Assembly: GCA_021432655.1 (NCBI GenBank)
Contig: MU271277.1
Coordinates: 16,035 to 48,729 of the forward strand
Direction of reading: 5' to 3'
Length of the DNA stretch: 32,695 bases
Source: Atractiella rhizophila
Lineage: Eukaryota
Positions 11,330 through 23,908 of this stretch are shown here, piece after piece. A model generated the notes under the pieces. The model worked only from the letters and a program-made list of their open reading frames with translations, searched no databases and was not told the origin of the DNA. The stretch's first letter is position 1. Each line of letters opens with the position of its first letter. The position numbers were made by a program, and so were the translations under genes.

Positions 11330-12345
11330 ATGTTGCCTTATGGTCTCCTCCAGGGCATCCTCCTCCTCCTTCTTCCACTCGCCATGACTGCCCGCATCCT
11401 CTCCGACGGTACTTCTCTCCAGCACGGCGTCCTTCCCGGACCTTACAACCTACGGTGGCAGTCTGCAGGCATCCTCACTTCCGGAGGCTGCAATTTCGAG
11501 AAACATCACATACGCGACTGCTACCAACTCATTCTTTCTTCACAGCACAACCGGATGCTCGACCCTGGAAGTCGCGGTGGAAATAGACAGAGGATCGAGC
11601 TCGTGACTTCGCGTAAGTCTTACTCTTTCCTCTTCCATTCCAAAATGGCGGCTTACTACGTTTCCTATTATTTTTCGTTGCGGTTGGATATTGGACTTTC
11701 GGTGATGAAGCGGTGAAAGAGAACGAAAGTTGGGTATACACTTGGAAATACTTCCTTTCTCCCGAAACTGGATCGTCAAAGCGTTTCTTCCACATCATGC
11801 AACTTCTCGCACGGCGGGAAAAAGGGAATGGAGGACCCATGCTTACGCTCTCGCTTTATGAGAACGAGTTGAGAGTGGTAGATATGCGTGAGAACGGAGC
11901 TGCTGTCACGGTGGATCTGGAAAAGTTTAAGGGAAGGAGTACAACACATATTCTAAGCGTCCGTTCTTACCTAGCTTCTTATAATTCTGTGGAAGGACGG
12001 CACTAATGAGGAGAGAAGGCTACTTTCGGAGAACATGGAAGCCTCGACTATCGTATATTGGACACAGTGTCAGGAGAGACCATCCTCTCTCATTCCATGG
12101 CTCGCCCAATGATAGGCACAAGCTTCTCGTAACTCTTCCCACTTCATCCCTCAAATCCAAAGAAAGCTGAAGATTCCTCAGATTGAAGTTTGGTCTTTAT
12201 CGCATGTCGGTAAAAGGTCAAACAAAGGCTAGGTGCGTGTGTAACACAAGCTCGTTGTGCAAAGTGTGTTGATGTTGGCGATCACAGAGCATTCGTGGGA
12301 GATTTTGTCCAGCTGAAGATACCAAGACTGCACGACTTTGCATAG
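11330..12345 (+). CDS. Secreted polysaccharide-lyase-like beta-jelly-roll protein (resembles the heparin lyase I/PL20-type Polysacc_lyase fold), 5 exons
   Basis: Exons 11330-11612, 11711-11958, 12019(or 12016)-12128, 12182-12232 and 12288-12345 join in frame. Hydrophobic signal peptide; motifs RQRIEL, YTWKYFL, FFHIMQL, PMLTLSL and C-terminal LKFGLYR are typical of this fold. The family call is by motif recognition only. Confidence 0.65.
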
Positions 12346-12687
12346 AAGCAATTGCCAACGTTCATTCGGACAAAGAACCATCTAGATATCTGTTTCCAGT
12401 TGTGTGCCTCTCTCACTAGATCCTTCTTTTACAAACACAATCATCTTTAGTCAACCTCAAGTAAAAACTTGTGTATGTAGACATTTTGTGAATATCATGA
12501 TTTCTCTGGTTTGTCAGCTTTGTCGCCATCACGATAACCAGTACGAGCTTCTATCACATAAAGACCCCGATGCAGGACCTACCTCCTCGCAAAATCACGT
12601 CGTGCAGTCAAGTTACGGGTTCCTCCGTGTACTGTCAGGTACTTAGGCGTACAAGGAAACCAGTCACCAGTCGAATTGAACTGAAGA

Positions 12688-14190
12688 ATGCCACCGAAAA
12701 AGAAGTCGCGCCACCTTCCGAACGGCTACACCATCCACTTCTCGCCCCAAGTCGCAGAAGACGAGGCGCCGAAAGGAGGGACAGGTTCGCAGGTGTTGCC
12801 GGTGGCGGAGGAAGGGGGAGGCGAGGATGGACCCATGGATGGGATGCAGTATCTCTATATGGTCAGGTTCGTTCAATTCATTGATAACCCTTGTTCACTA
12901 TTTTCTTGGTCTTTAAGTGACGTCTTTGAGAACGCTCAGTAATCTGAACAGTTATTCTTTGAGCTGAAACTCTGGTGGCGAGCAAAGACACACCGTGGAA
13001 AGACCACGGGAAGAGGCCTTAAATTAAAGCCTTTCGCCGTGTATATCTTTTCACACGCGTAGTGTTTATGTTTCGATGATGCGCCGTATCTTATCCAGCT
13101 GAAAACAGAGAGGACATACAATGTAACGAAGTGCTTGTCCATTCTGTGGCTGATGATTAATTTCTGGTTCTGGCCCGAGTATGTGCGTTTTGATGTAAGA
13201 TAGAACCTACTAACGATTTGTGTCGTAGAATGGAGGCACGATCAGCTCCCAAAGTGATGCGTGCGGAAGGATGGCCTCCTGAGTTGGCAACAGAGGACAA
13301 GGCAGTTAAGGGAAACGAAGAGGATGAGATTGAGGACGGGGCATGGGAGGAGGAGTATGAGGAAGGGGAAAATACAACTCCATGGAAAGACGAGTTCCTG
13401 TCCAAGTTCCAACGCTTGCGTTCTGTCCGTCCATTCCCTTCCACTCTTACATTTCGACTATGACTGATGTGACTTGAAAACAGACCTATCGTTCTTCCCC
13501 ACCAATACTTGGTATACCAGATAATTACCTCCCCCTTCCCCCTCCCGATTGGAACGCATGGTTGCATGGCACAGGAGGAAAAGAAACTCCAGATCCAGCA
13601 GCTGTTCCTTTCTTGGGGATTCAGGCTTTAGCTTCGAACGTGGTGAAGGAACCTCTACCGGGCGTCGTCGCCAGCATGGACCAGGTGTGCTTCCTCTTCT
13701 TCTCCCTTAGGAAGAGATTCTGACAGTAGGACACTAGGGAATCATTTTTGACTTTCTTTCAAACCTCAAATCCACCCTCAGCGATAGATATGACGAGTAT
13801 ACATCGTCCATCTCCCGTGCCAGCGAACCGAGTACTGTTTTCCTCCCTCCACGTCTACGAAAATCCAAGGGTCTATCCAATTCATCCAACAGTTCAAACG
13901 CAACACCAAATCCCAAGAAGAAGGTCAAGGACGTGAGACTCTTTCCACCACTAGAAGCACGATGGATCCTCGCTCTGCTCATAGCCGTCGAAGACGTGCT
14001 AACATCGGACGACATTTGCACATTGCGCGAGACGGCTAGATTGGCTATTGACGTCGCGAAGTGGAGGAAGAAGCAAGGCACGGCCGGGTGGGAGGAAGAG
14101 AGGGCCGGATGCGCCATCGTCGTCTGTGCAGTTGCTGGGACGTGGGGACAGAGCGATTTGTGGGATGAAGCTGAGGAGGTATTTGCATAG
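12688..14190 (+). CDS. GEMIN2: Gemin2/SIP1 (SMN complex subunit, Yip11/Brr1-like), 4 exons
   Basis: Exons 12688-12866, 13229-13424, 13484-13684, 13738-14190. Motifs PMDGMQYLYMVR|MEA, WKDEFLSKFQRLR, WILALLIAVEDVLTSDDICTLRETAR and IVVCAVAGTWGQSDL match the Gemin2 pattern. Confidence 0.85.
12867..13228 (+). other. Gemin2 intron 1, long (362 nt) and structured
   Basis: Donor GTTCGT, perfect TACTAAC at 13208-13214, acceptor TAG at 13226-13228. The join AG|A restores YLYMVRMEA. Confidence 0.85.
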
Positions 14191-14506
14191 TATAATTTCT
14201 ACGTCTTCGTGGCACCTTTGGACTGGTTTGGAAGGCTTGAGATAGATTTCGAACACCATCGAACGCTTTGTCGAAGATCCCTTGCCATGGCAATAAATGG
14301 ATAATGTCGAAGTTCTTACCCAACTTGTACCCAGTAATTGGTCCTATCAATTGGATATTTCAGACCGAAATCTCTATTAACTCTCAGGTAATTAAGTAAT
14401 TTGCAAGCAATGCTGCATGGAATTTCAAATTGACTTGATCGAAATATCCTCTACGTATCGACGTCAAGCTAAGTTTTTCTGGAAATCACCAGCCAACACG
14501 GATTGG

Positions 14507-15537
14507 ATGCAGCCACTCACCACTGCCTCAGCATACGGGCCAACCATCCACTTCAAGACTGGTCAGTTTGCAGGTGTGGGACGCACGTGAGTCCCTCTTC
14601 TTGCCAGAGAGCATCAACCCAAAGTCCTTACTGAAGTCAAGTATGTCATCATTATCCAGTTTCCAACTGGAGGTCCTTCAGCACCCGTCGCGGTCGCGAA
14701 TGACAGGATTCGGGTCCACAGATCGTCGAAGTCTCGATCCGCCACCTGTCGTGCGTTTGAAAGCGAGGGACGAGAATGGAATCCTTGTCAGAGACTCGGC
14801 TTTTGAGAGCGAGACAATGCTCTGCCATGCTGAGTTGTGGCAGGCCGAAGATGGACAAGAGAGGGAGCAACGGAATCATGTTTGGAGTGAGAGAGAGGTC
14901 GTCAGGAACTTACTTGGTACTCTCACCGTCCCAGGTAGAAGGTTGAAGGATCAATTTGGTAATGCCAGCGTTCTTTTCGTATTGTGCGTATCTCTGGTGC
15001 TTCTCTTCCACGATACGTAAGCTGATCTATGGTACGTATCCTATGCCTGTAGCAATGATCTCGCTGTGAGAACAGAAGGCACCTTTACTCTCCGCTTCAC
15101 GGTTCTCGATCTCAACTCAAAGATGGATTCACCTGTCTCTCCTCCACTCGCAAGAGAATTCTCTCACCCGTTCCGCGTCTACTCTCCCAAATCCTTCCCA
15201 GGCATGCAGACTAGCACCCAATTAACCAAGGTGCTCTCGCTGCTTTTTTTTGAAAGCCGCATAACTGACGTAGTCATATTTCTGAATTGGACAGGCACTC
15301 GCGAAACAAGGCGTCAAGCTCATCCTCCGCAAATCTACGCGCTCTGAGAACTCGGGCGAGGAAGGCGAAGGGGACGGTGAAGTGGACGGGGAGGAGGAAG
15401 ATGATCCTGAGCCTGGTCCGCGTCCGACCTCAAGTTCAAATAACACGAATCATACCAATGGAGTGGGAACAAGTGCTCACGCACATACGTCGAGAGGAGG
15501 ACATTGGGAGGAGGAAGGGAGCAGTGCGAGCGACTAA
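14507..15537 (+). CDS. Velvet-domain protein (velvet factor family), 4 exons
   Basis: Spliced product contains FKTGQFAG, FQLEVLQHPSRSRMTGFGSTDRRSLDPPPVVRL, RNLLGTL, FVFNDLAVRTEGTFTLRF and FSHPFRVYSPKSFPGMQTSTQLTKALAKQGVKL, followed by an acidic tail. Intron 1 is 14587-14659. Subfamily (VeA/VelB/VelC/VosA) not assignable by eye. Confidence 0.92.
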
Positions 15538-15919
15538 TGATGGTTTGTTCCCCGCCTGAAGGTAAAATGGATGGCAGATTGTACAATAGAATGAATGGTC
15601 CTTAAATCACGCTTCGATCGGATGCTGGGTTGTTGATGTTTCCATACCCTCCTTACACTTAGTTTCGAAGGTCATAAACGTAAACTTTTCCATTTTCTCT
15701 ATTAAACTTTCTTATCTTTCCTACTTGGCTCGGATCTGTGCTCTCTCGTTCATTTTCTTCTTTCTTTGGAGTGGATGTCTCGCTGATGTAGAGTAAGATA
15801 CCATTTGTAATTTTACATCCAGTTGCCTTTTGGGCTCGTCAAACATTTATTACAATTTCTTTCGTCTTTCTATTTGACTCAACAAGTCTTTCATTTCTTG
15901 GTTTCGATGGAAATGAGAC

Positions 15920-18900
15920 TTAGGCGCTATTGGCTTTTAAGAGCTCCCTGAACTGTTATTTTATAAATTAGCGCCATGCAATGTCAGAAAGGAATTGGAC
16001 CTACATAAAGGCTATTTGGACCACTCTCTTGCGACACGACCAATTGCTGGAACTTTGGGGTGGTCGCTAGTTGCATCACAACGAATGAGTTAGTATAAAT
16101 GGAGCTGAAGTGGATAAGTGCGAACCAGGTGAGGACAGTTTCGCAAGTGTCGCGAGACACCTCAGGGCGGCGTTCTGGAGTTCTTGCATCTTCTCAATCT
16201 CCTGTTTCACGGATGACTCCTTAGGTTTTTGGTTCAACACATCAATAAATGGTTGTGAGAAGCCGTCGAGCCCTAACCACCAATACTGATTCAGCCACTT
16301 TATTCAACAATAAAAGTGAAGGGAGAACTAACGGGGTACGACCGCAGCTGGAGCTACATCGGAGAGCTTGATGAGCATCAAATAAGCCAGTACCTTGATT
16401 TCGTCCTCGTCCGTCAAAGCAGCAGAGATGCGGTCCATGAACGGATTCAAGTCCAGTTTTGTGAGGAATGCATCGAGGAAGGTGTACATGCATTCGAAAG
16501 CCGACTGTTTCCCACAGCATCCAAAACCCCGTGCAAGTTAGTTTATCCAAAGCACGACTTAGAGCGGGGTAGAGACAGACTTTCCGAGCATCCAATCCAT
16601 CATCCACCTTATGGGTGAACGGTCCCATTGTAACAAGACGGATGAGCGACTTATCCACCTCGGTCCGTTCGTAAAGAATCGGTAGGAGAGTCTGCAGTTG
16701 TTCTCGGAGAAGTTGGGGCTTATTCCGGGCAGCTGAGTTAAGGGTAGAGAGTGCTGCACGGCGGACGTCCTGTACGAAGATCAGCGGTCGCACGTGCATG
16801 TCGGAAAGAGTACGAACCAGGTCTGGATCCCGCATGAGTGAGAGGAAAGAGACGAGAACTGGAGCCAGATGCTCGTCCAGGGCAGATTCATCGACGAATG
16901 TGAACCTGATGGCAGCAATGACCGCCGATCGGGAGCGGGGAGACGGAGACTTGAGGCGTTCCTTTTGGATTGTCAGAAATAGTCTTTGAGCCAAGACAAG
17001 AGAGTAGACAGACCTGCAGAAGTGGAAGGAAGGAAGCAGGATCAGCGAGAGAGAGCTTTCCTAGACATTCAGCAGCCAAATTTCGGACAACTTCTTCCTC
17101 GCTTTCCGAGTTGGTAAAGAGCGGCGTCCAGAGGTGTTGACTGTACGTGACGAGGTATTGGGGTGGAAGATGTGTGATAAACTGTTCCATGCGTCCATTT
17201 CAGTTTGATGCAGAAGACTAAAGATAAATGATGGACCTCCTTCAATGCCTGAAGCCCTAAATAACGCTTTTTCTCGTCGTTCAAGATTGGACCGACAAGG
17301 TTTGGTAAGAACATAGGGGGATTCCCAACGGCGATATTTCCTGCTGCAAAGGCAGCAGCACTCCGCAGATCCTCTACAGGGGAGGCGAAAGCTTGGATGA
17401 CTGCATTATATATGCCTTGGTGCTTCGCGAAGTCGCTGTCAATCGGTACTTGTTAACCATCCAGATATTTAGGAAAAAGGGACGGACATGACTCTTCCTA
17501 TCTCTCCTAAGACGAGGAGCGAGAAATAAACAGTGCTTTGTTTGAAGTTTGGGGCTGTGAAATTCTGGGCAAAAGTTGAGGCAACCTCGTCTCCATTCTG
17601 CGGTTTCTTCGTGATTACAACTCCAATGCATTTTGCCGCAGCCGCGAAAGCCTGGTTAGCGACAGCGGCAGAGCCGGTCTTCCCAACATCAAAATCATGA
17701 AGCCCCACTGTCCTCGCGAGCAGGTCAATGATGGCTCTAGGATCTTGACCAGCGTCGACCATTCGGCCATAGAAGTCTACAAGCGCTTGAAGCGTGGCCC
17801 CGTGCGCATGGGGGGATTTGAGGAGGTCATACACTTTGAGAAGAGCTCTGTCCCTTACGTCTGCCTGCATATGGGGGTGCAGGGAGACGATGATTCCTAG
17901 GTTGGAGATGGCAAGAGGGAGAATGTTTGGATCGCTATCGAGGAGGAGAGGTTCGATGTTCTTCACTATCACAGTGCAGCTTTCGTGCGAGAGGTCATGC
18001 CCACAACTAATCCATCTCTATTAGTCCAAGTTATTATCACAAACAAAGAGAAGACAAACCGTTGGAGACAGGCAGAGAGACAGTTAAAAACTTGCAACTT
18101 AAGTGGTCGGTTATTCTTCTTCAAGAACGCGGCAACCTCCAACGTTGTCTTCTTGAGCCACTCCCCAAACTCCTGTCCAGTACAGAGGGGAGACGCCGCG
18201 ACTTTGGCAAGAACACCAACGGTGACGAAAGTAGTGACTTCGCTGTTCAGTCTCTCGCTCAGAACGCTAAGGGCGCGACTGAAGTCAGTCTGCAGATAAT
18301 CTCCCATGTGGACCAACATCTCTCCCAGAGCCGTTATTGCTTTCTCTTTCACCTCCGTATCCGTGTCGCTCCCTTTCAAGCGGTTCACGGTTGCTTCATA
18401 TAGGATATGAACCTGTTCCTCACTTCCAGGTGGGTACGCTGTGCCAATGGGACGAAGAGATGTCACCAGAGCGGCGGTGGTGACAAAAGCTCCAGATGCG
18501 ATCTTGTGGAACTTGTCAGCCATCACGCTCGTGAGAAGGGGAGCGAGTTTTGGAAGGTGATCACTGAATGAGAGTGCGTTATGAGTCTCGAAGAAGAGGG
18601 CGAGGAAACGGAGGACTTCGATCTTGAGGTTCGTCGCCAATCCACTTGCGCTGGAATCAGCTGTTTTGAGTGCAGCTTCAACGCGTGGGATGAGGGGGGC
18701 AACTTGGCCATCCAGGCCGTTGGGGAGTACGGAGAGGAGGTTGTAGAGGAGGTTGAAGCCAGCCTGTCTTGTCGTAACGCTCTTTGTTCCCAGTTGTTTA
18801 GTGATGCTCCGTCCTATGGCGGTCACCTGGCTCCTCAGCAGACCAATCGGCCCATCCTCCCCAGCATCCACCACACCCTCGTCCTCTCTCTTCCTCTTCT

Positions 18901-20620
18901 TCAGACTCCCCTCATTCGTCCCCTTCGAAATCCCCCCGCCCCACACCTTCGTCTGGGCTAACAAAGCACTATACGTTGCCCATACTTCAACTCTCACGCT
19001 CTCCTCTCGTTCTCCAAATCTCTGAATCAAAGCCGGCGAAATTCCACGATAGAAAGAGCTCAACAGTTCGGGACGCGTCGTGATCGCCGCCGTAAGAAGT
19101 TTGGTGGCTGCTCGTCGTACCTTCCACGAGAGATCGTCATCGTCTGAATACTCGTCACCGAACTCATCATCTTCCTCCTCCTCCTCTTCATCCTCCTGGT
19201 CCTCCATGTCCACATCCTCGTCCTCGTCACCGGCATAGTTAGGATCGTATTTCAAGAGGGAAACCCCGGCCTCCGTGATTTGCGGTACAAATGAGGTTAT
19301 TTCAGCTGGGCAGCGGGAAAGGAGAGTCTCAAGCGTCTATACGTCCCATGAGAAACCTGCTACACACGAAAACAGGGTAGGGCCGACCTGTAAAACCGTC
19401 TCTTTAAGCTCATCATCCTCGTTATCTTTCGCGGCTACGACGAGGGGAACGAGCACATTTACTCTCCGTCCCACTCGTTTTGGGCTCGCTCTATAGCACC
19501 GTAACTTGTTAACGGAGTCGTACACATTGAAAGAAAACATAAAACGACAGAAAAACCGTACCTAGCGACACTTCCGACTGCCGCCACAGCCGTCTTCAAC
19601 GTCTCCGTGTTTCCCTTATTCTTCAGATAGGGTAAGATCGTCTGCTCAACCAGCTCCTCGAAAACGCTCCTTTCAGAACAAGCAACCAAGTTTCCTAAAC
19701 CGACCACAGCCCGTTTCCGGATCGCGCCACGGGGCGACTTGAGCACTTTGGTGAGCGCAGCAAGAGCTGACTTTTGGAGGGGAACATTGGCACGGATGGA
19801 GGAGTCGAATCGGAGGAGGATGTCACTGAGAAGCTCTGTTGAGGCGATCAACTGTTCGGGAGGAGTGCTGGCCTGCACTTGAGCAGTTAGTTTGTAGACT
19901 GGAGAACGAGGGAGAAATACGAACGGATGACAGCTGATTGATCAGTTGAGGCGTTAATTTGCCTGTGATTTGTGGCGCCAGTTTAGAAGAGAATGTAATC
20001 TCGTTCGTCACCGTCTTGAGTGCTGTATTTCACATGGGCCTTCGTCAGAAGGTAGCAGATGGAAGTAAAGGAACCGACCCAAAGAAGAGATGTCGCGTAA
20101 CGCCTCATCGTCTGTATTGCTGAAGGCTGTCAGGCGATCGATGATGATTGCCATCCTAGATTCTTGCACCTTCTTCACAAGGACACCCAATCTATCAGCA
20201 CAACAAGTCGTGAGCTCATTCAATCCAATCCGAATCCCAGCCCAGTTGGTTCATGGCCACATGAATCGAAGAAGACGCACGTTTGTACCGCTTTGTTCTT
20301 CACCTCCGCATTCGTATCTTTCATTAACTCCAACACCCCCTCCACCGTCTGACCTTCAGTGTTATCGTCGATCGAGAAACCTTCGCGCTCGCACTCGACG
20401 ATCAGATCATTGAGCGCCATGAAGCGGAAGTCTTGGTCGGGGTTCTTCATCTATGTCACCGTCCCAAGACGTGATCAGGGCCACTCTCTCAGAGTAGACT
20501 GGAGACGAAAAGAAATGGACCTTGATGAGCAACTGCCCAACCTGCGCGTCAGTTGTCAGAAATCAGCCTGCTTTTTCACGATGATACTGAAGTACGCACC
20601 TGGTAAGAGTTGCGCGACAT
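15920..20620 (-). CDS. CAND1: Cullin-associated NEDD8-dissociated protein 1 (TIP120), HEAT-repeat protein, many exons
   Basis: N-terminus MSRNSYQ|VGQLLIK|MKNPDQDFRFMALNDL (21-nt coding exons 20620-20600 and 20541-20521). Motifs KYDPNY, YSDDDDLSWKVRRAATK, RFGEREESVRVEV, RNLAAECLGKL, MGPFTHKVDDGLDARK and SSVKQEIEK. The last exon (FRELLKANSA*) is less certain. Confidence 0.95.
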
Positions 20621-21697
20621 CGTGAGTACTTTCTAGCCAAAGGTAAGCTGCTTTCTTGGTGGTCGAGCGACGCGAGTTGACTGTTGCGGCTGATCGATGT
20701 GAAGCGAACGGGAACGTGAATGACGACCGTACGGACAGCGACAATCTGTTAATTTGAAGTGTCGTAACAACTCACAGCCTTTACCAACGCCCAAATAACA
20801 ACCAAGTCAACAAGTCCAAAGGGTCTGCTAACGTACTCAAATTCTTTCCTTGTAGACCATTTCCACATACAAGTTATTCGGCTGCCATTCCTACACATCT
20901 CCGTTTGGTGTTCATGTGTCCATTGAAGTTGATCGACTTTTGACGAGGCGGGTGAAGACGACTGTGCAAGACATGTCTGGTCGTTTTGGAGACACAGGAG
21001 CAACCCATATATCTTTGAGTGTTTGCTTGGATAAGTGTCACAACAAAGAGAGCTCTCTGTCCTGATAATTTTGAACTTCTATCGTCTAATGATACTAGAA
21101 TGTAAAGAGGGAAGACCACTTCTTGATTTGCATATATGATCCTACTCTATGCCGGCCGTTGGAGGTTATTCTATCATACTAAACGTGACGTTTCAGCGTC
21201 ACAAAAACTGAAGGAAGGATGCAGAGTTTGGCGGGATACCCAATCGGAGGGGACACACCGTGCAGATGTAGAGCTTGAAGACCGGAAAGAATAGCCTCAG
21301 CCTCTTATTCATGTGTGACGCCATGGGGCCATGGTCGAAATACTATTTACTATGCGGATGTCTGAAAAAACAAGGCAAAAGTGCTCATAGAATAGAGCCA
21401 TTCACACTGCCTGTTGTCGTCAAAGCGCAGAATGTCTGTCATGTACACCTAGCGATAACAGCATTTTCGTTGAAAGTTAGAAGATGGACCTTCGAGGAGA
21501 ATATTTACGGGAAGATTGAAACGAAGGACATTTTATTATATTAGGTAGAAAAAATTCACCCATGTAGCGAAACCTACACAAATCATCAGAACATGGACGA
21601 AGCCAACGTACCATCCGCAACGAAAATGAACCAAAGAACAAACGAAATGCACAACCAAGTGTTCGGCACACCACCCACCACCCAAGCATCAAATGCA

Positions 21698-23287
21698 TTA
21701 AACCTCCGGGTCACGCTCTGCCATTAGTTTCTCGGCACGAGCCTCGTCCACCTGCTTCCTCCCTACACTCTTCTCGATCCATCGCATCCTCGCGTAGATA
21801 ATACCTTTACAGACTGTGAGAAGCACGGCAGCTATGTATGCGCTTTCATCAACATGGGAGCTGAGGACGAGAGGGAAAGGCGAGAAAAGGAGTGGCAGGG
21901 AACTCACACGCTGCTGCGATACCGACTATGTATCCTGCTAGTTCACCCGCTCCATTATCGGGATTGAGGAAGTCGTACACTGTTCGTAATACCATACATA
22001 AGTTTAGAATCCATAAACGGATGGAATGGCGTACCGTAGAACCCTTGTGTTTCATGAGTTATATATGCCACTCCTATCATCGAATCGCATGTTAATTTCT
22101 GTTCGCATGCTCAAGGGAAAAAGAGACCTAGATACCCAGCCAGCATCACGATGAGGAAAGGGATGTGTAGCCACTCTGGTTGTGGTGTACGAGTGAAGAT
22201 AACCTCGAAGGCTGCCTGAACTGAGTTGAGGATGTGGAGGGAGACGTTGGACCAAGCTGTATCACGAACATTTCATCAGCTTCCCCATCGAATGGAGAAG
22301 AGGTGAACGGAGATACCGTTAAAGGGGCTATCAAAGGAGTTGTCGGAGAGTATGGCCCAGTAGACTATGGTTACGAGGAAGCCTGCAGCGTCACAATCCT
22401 CATTCAATCTCTGCTCATAGCAGGGACAGCATAAGATAGACGGACCATATATCGGTATAGTGCTCCAAAGGAGGGCATGCAAGAACTGCAGTATCCTTGG
22501 CCAGCGTTGCAAAGGGTATCTGTTGCGAGGAACAATTGCGGCGCCGTTATCTGGTAACTGTTTTTCGTGAACTTCCTCATCATGTGTGCGTCTCAGAGTG
22601 AGATTGCGGCGGTAAAAATACGTTTGAACAGTGGCCGCGAAGAAGTAAGCGCATTGGCCGATGTAGCAGAGATGAGTGAAGTAACTGAAAAATCTGTTTC
22701 CATTATGGGAAGTCAGTAAAGGCCAATTCAACGTCGTGGAACTGAGAAATCGACATCAGGAGTGTAAGCCTTTGATGCTAACAACAAGGGGGGAAATTGC
22801 GTTCTTCCTGAGCGTCATTGCGGAAGAACCATGTAGTATTCTCTTTATGTCAAATCCTTGAAAAGCACATAGTGATCCACTTTGGTAAGGATGCCGCAGG
22901 CGGCGCTGTCAATGCACAATGTTCCTCTACAATAACGTAATAGTACCATAGGAGGATAACCAATGACGGCTATTCCAGAGCCAACTCTTCTCTTTGAGAG
23001 CAACATGTATGGGATATTTCTCCAAAAACGGTGCTCCTGAAAACACAACAGCGCTGCACGCGAAGATTGTACGCATAAGCTGAGTTCAAAACGTACGAAT
23101 CGATATCGTGATCCCTAACAGAGTCCCAAACGACTCTAAAAACCAACGTCGTCAAGGTGTAAACTGCGATTGACCCGCGTATGAGGAGGAGGACTCCAGG
23201 AGAGAATGCCCAGGAGGTGACATAGCGGCAGGAGGGGTCAAACGGTGCTGGAGCTCCAAGCAGATTCCACAGTTTGTCGCTCGTCAT
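21698..23287 (-). CDS. Conserved fungal multi-pass membrane protein (FAR-17a/AIG1- or rolling-stone-like), multi-exon
   Basis: Spliced product has several hydrophobic helices and the motifs FFSYFTHLCYIG, YPLQRWPRILQFLH, LVTIVYWAIL, WSNVSLHILNSV, FEVIFT and GFYVYDFLNP. Intron 1 is 23096-22694 (403 nt). Confidence 0.8.
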
Positions 23288-23908
23288 GTCTCCTTGGCCT
23301 GGAGGGAGAGCTGAGACGCTTTGGCGAAGTAGTCTAGTTCAACCACAGCAAGAGAGGTGGAGGTGAACGCGGTCGATGCTACACTCTGCGCAGGGACTCA
23401 GGACGGCAAGGCAGGAAGGGAGTGATACTGTCGTCAAAGGGGAGAAAAAGATTGGGGGGGAGCTGCAGACTTGGTCGTCCGACAAAAAAGGAGTTCATGT
23501 TGGAACTTGGGAATCACGAGCTTTGTGAAAGTTTGTTTATTCTTGTCGCGCAGTCTTGTGGGTGCCCAAGGTGCCCAAACGACGGGTCGATGGGACCAAG
23601 GCACAAACCAACAGCCAATGAAAGATGGAAAGCATTTAAAAGCATGAAAGCTTTGCTCTATCAAGATTTGACAATATTTGTGTACACTGATGCCGTGACA
23701 AGTGTCGCAACATACCTGATTGGTAGGACTCTGAGACTCTAAATGGCATGCAGTGCGATCACTTCAAGTTTCTTCCAAGTCCTTCAATTTCTCAACCAAT
23801 TGCGTGGGTAACTTGGATACTGGGATATTCAAAGCGTTCAGGAAGTAGCTGAACATCTGAGTTTCTTATTTAACCGCCGCATCCTGCAAAGAAGCCACTC
23901 CTTCCACG

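Larger units (their letters stand above)
8878..11532. repeat. Head-to-tail direct duplication 1: copy A 8878-10202, single A at 10203, copy B 10204-11532
   Basis: Both copies start GACGATGCTCTCTTTGCC and end CTGCTACCAACTCAT. They differ by scattered substitutions and small indels, mostly in the non-coding part. Confidence 0.95.

Noticed and set aside
13099..13160. GAAA...CTGATGA as a hammerhead ribozyme core
   Set aside because: No room for the cleavage triplet and stem I, and stem II does not form.
13074..13195. Canonical box C/D snoRNA in the Gemin2 intron
   Set aside because: The outer C and D boxes are non-consensus and I recognised no rRNA-complementary guide. Kept only as an alternative within the finding.
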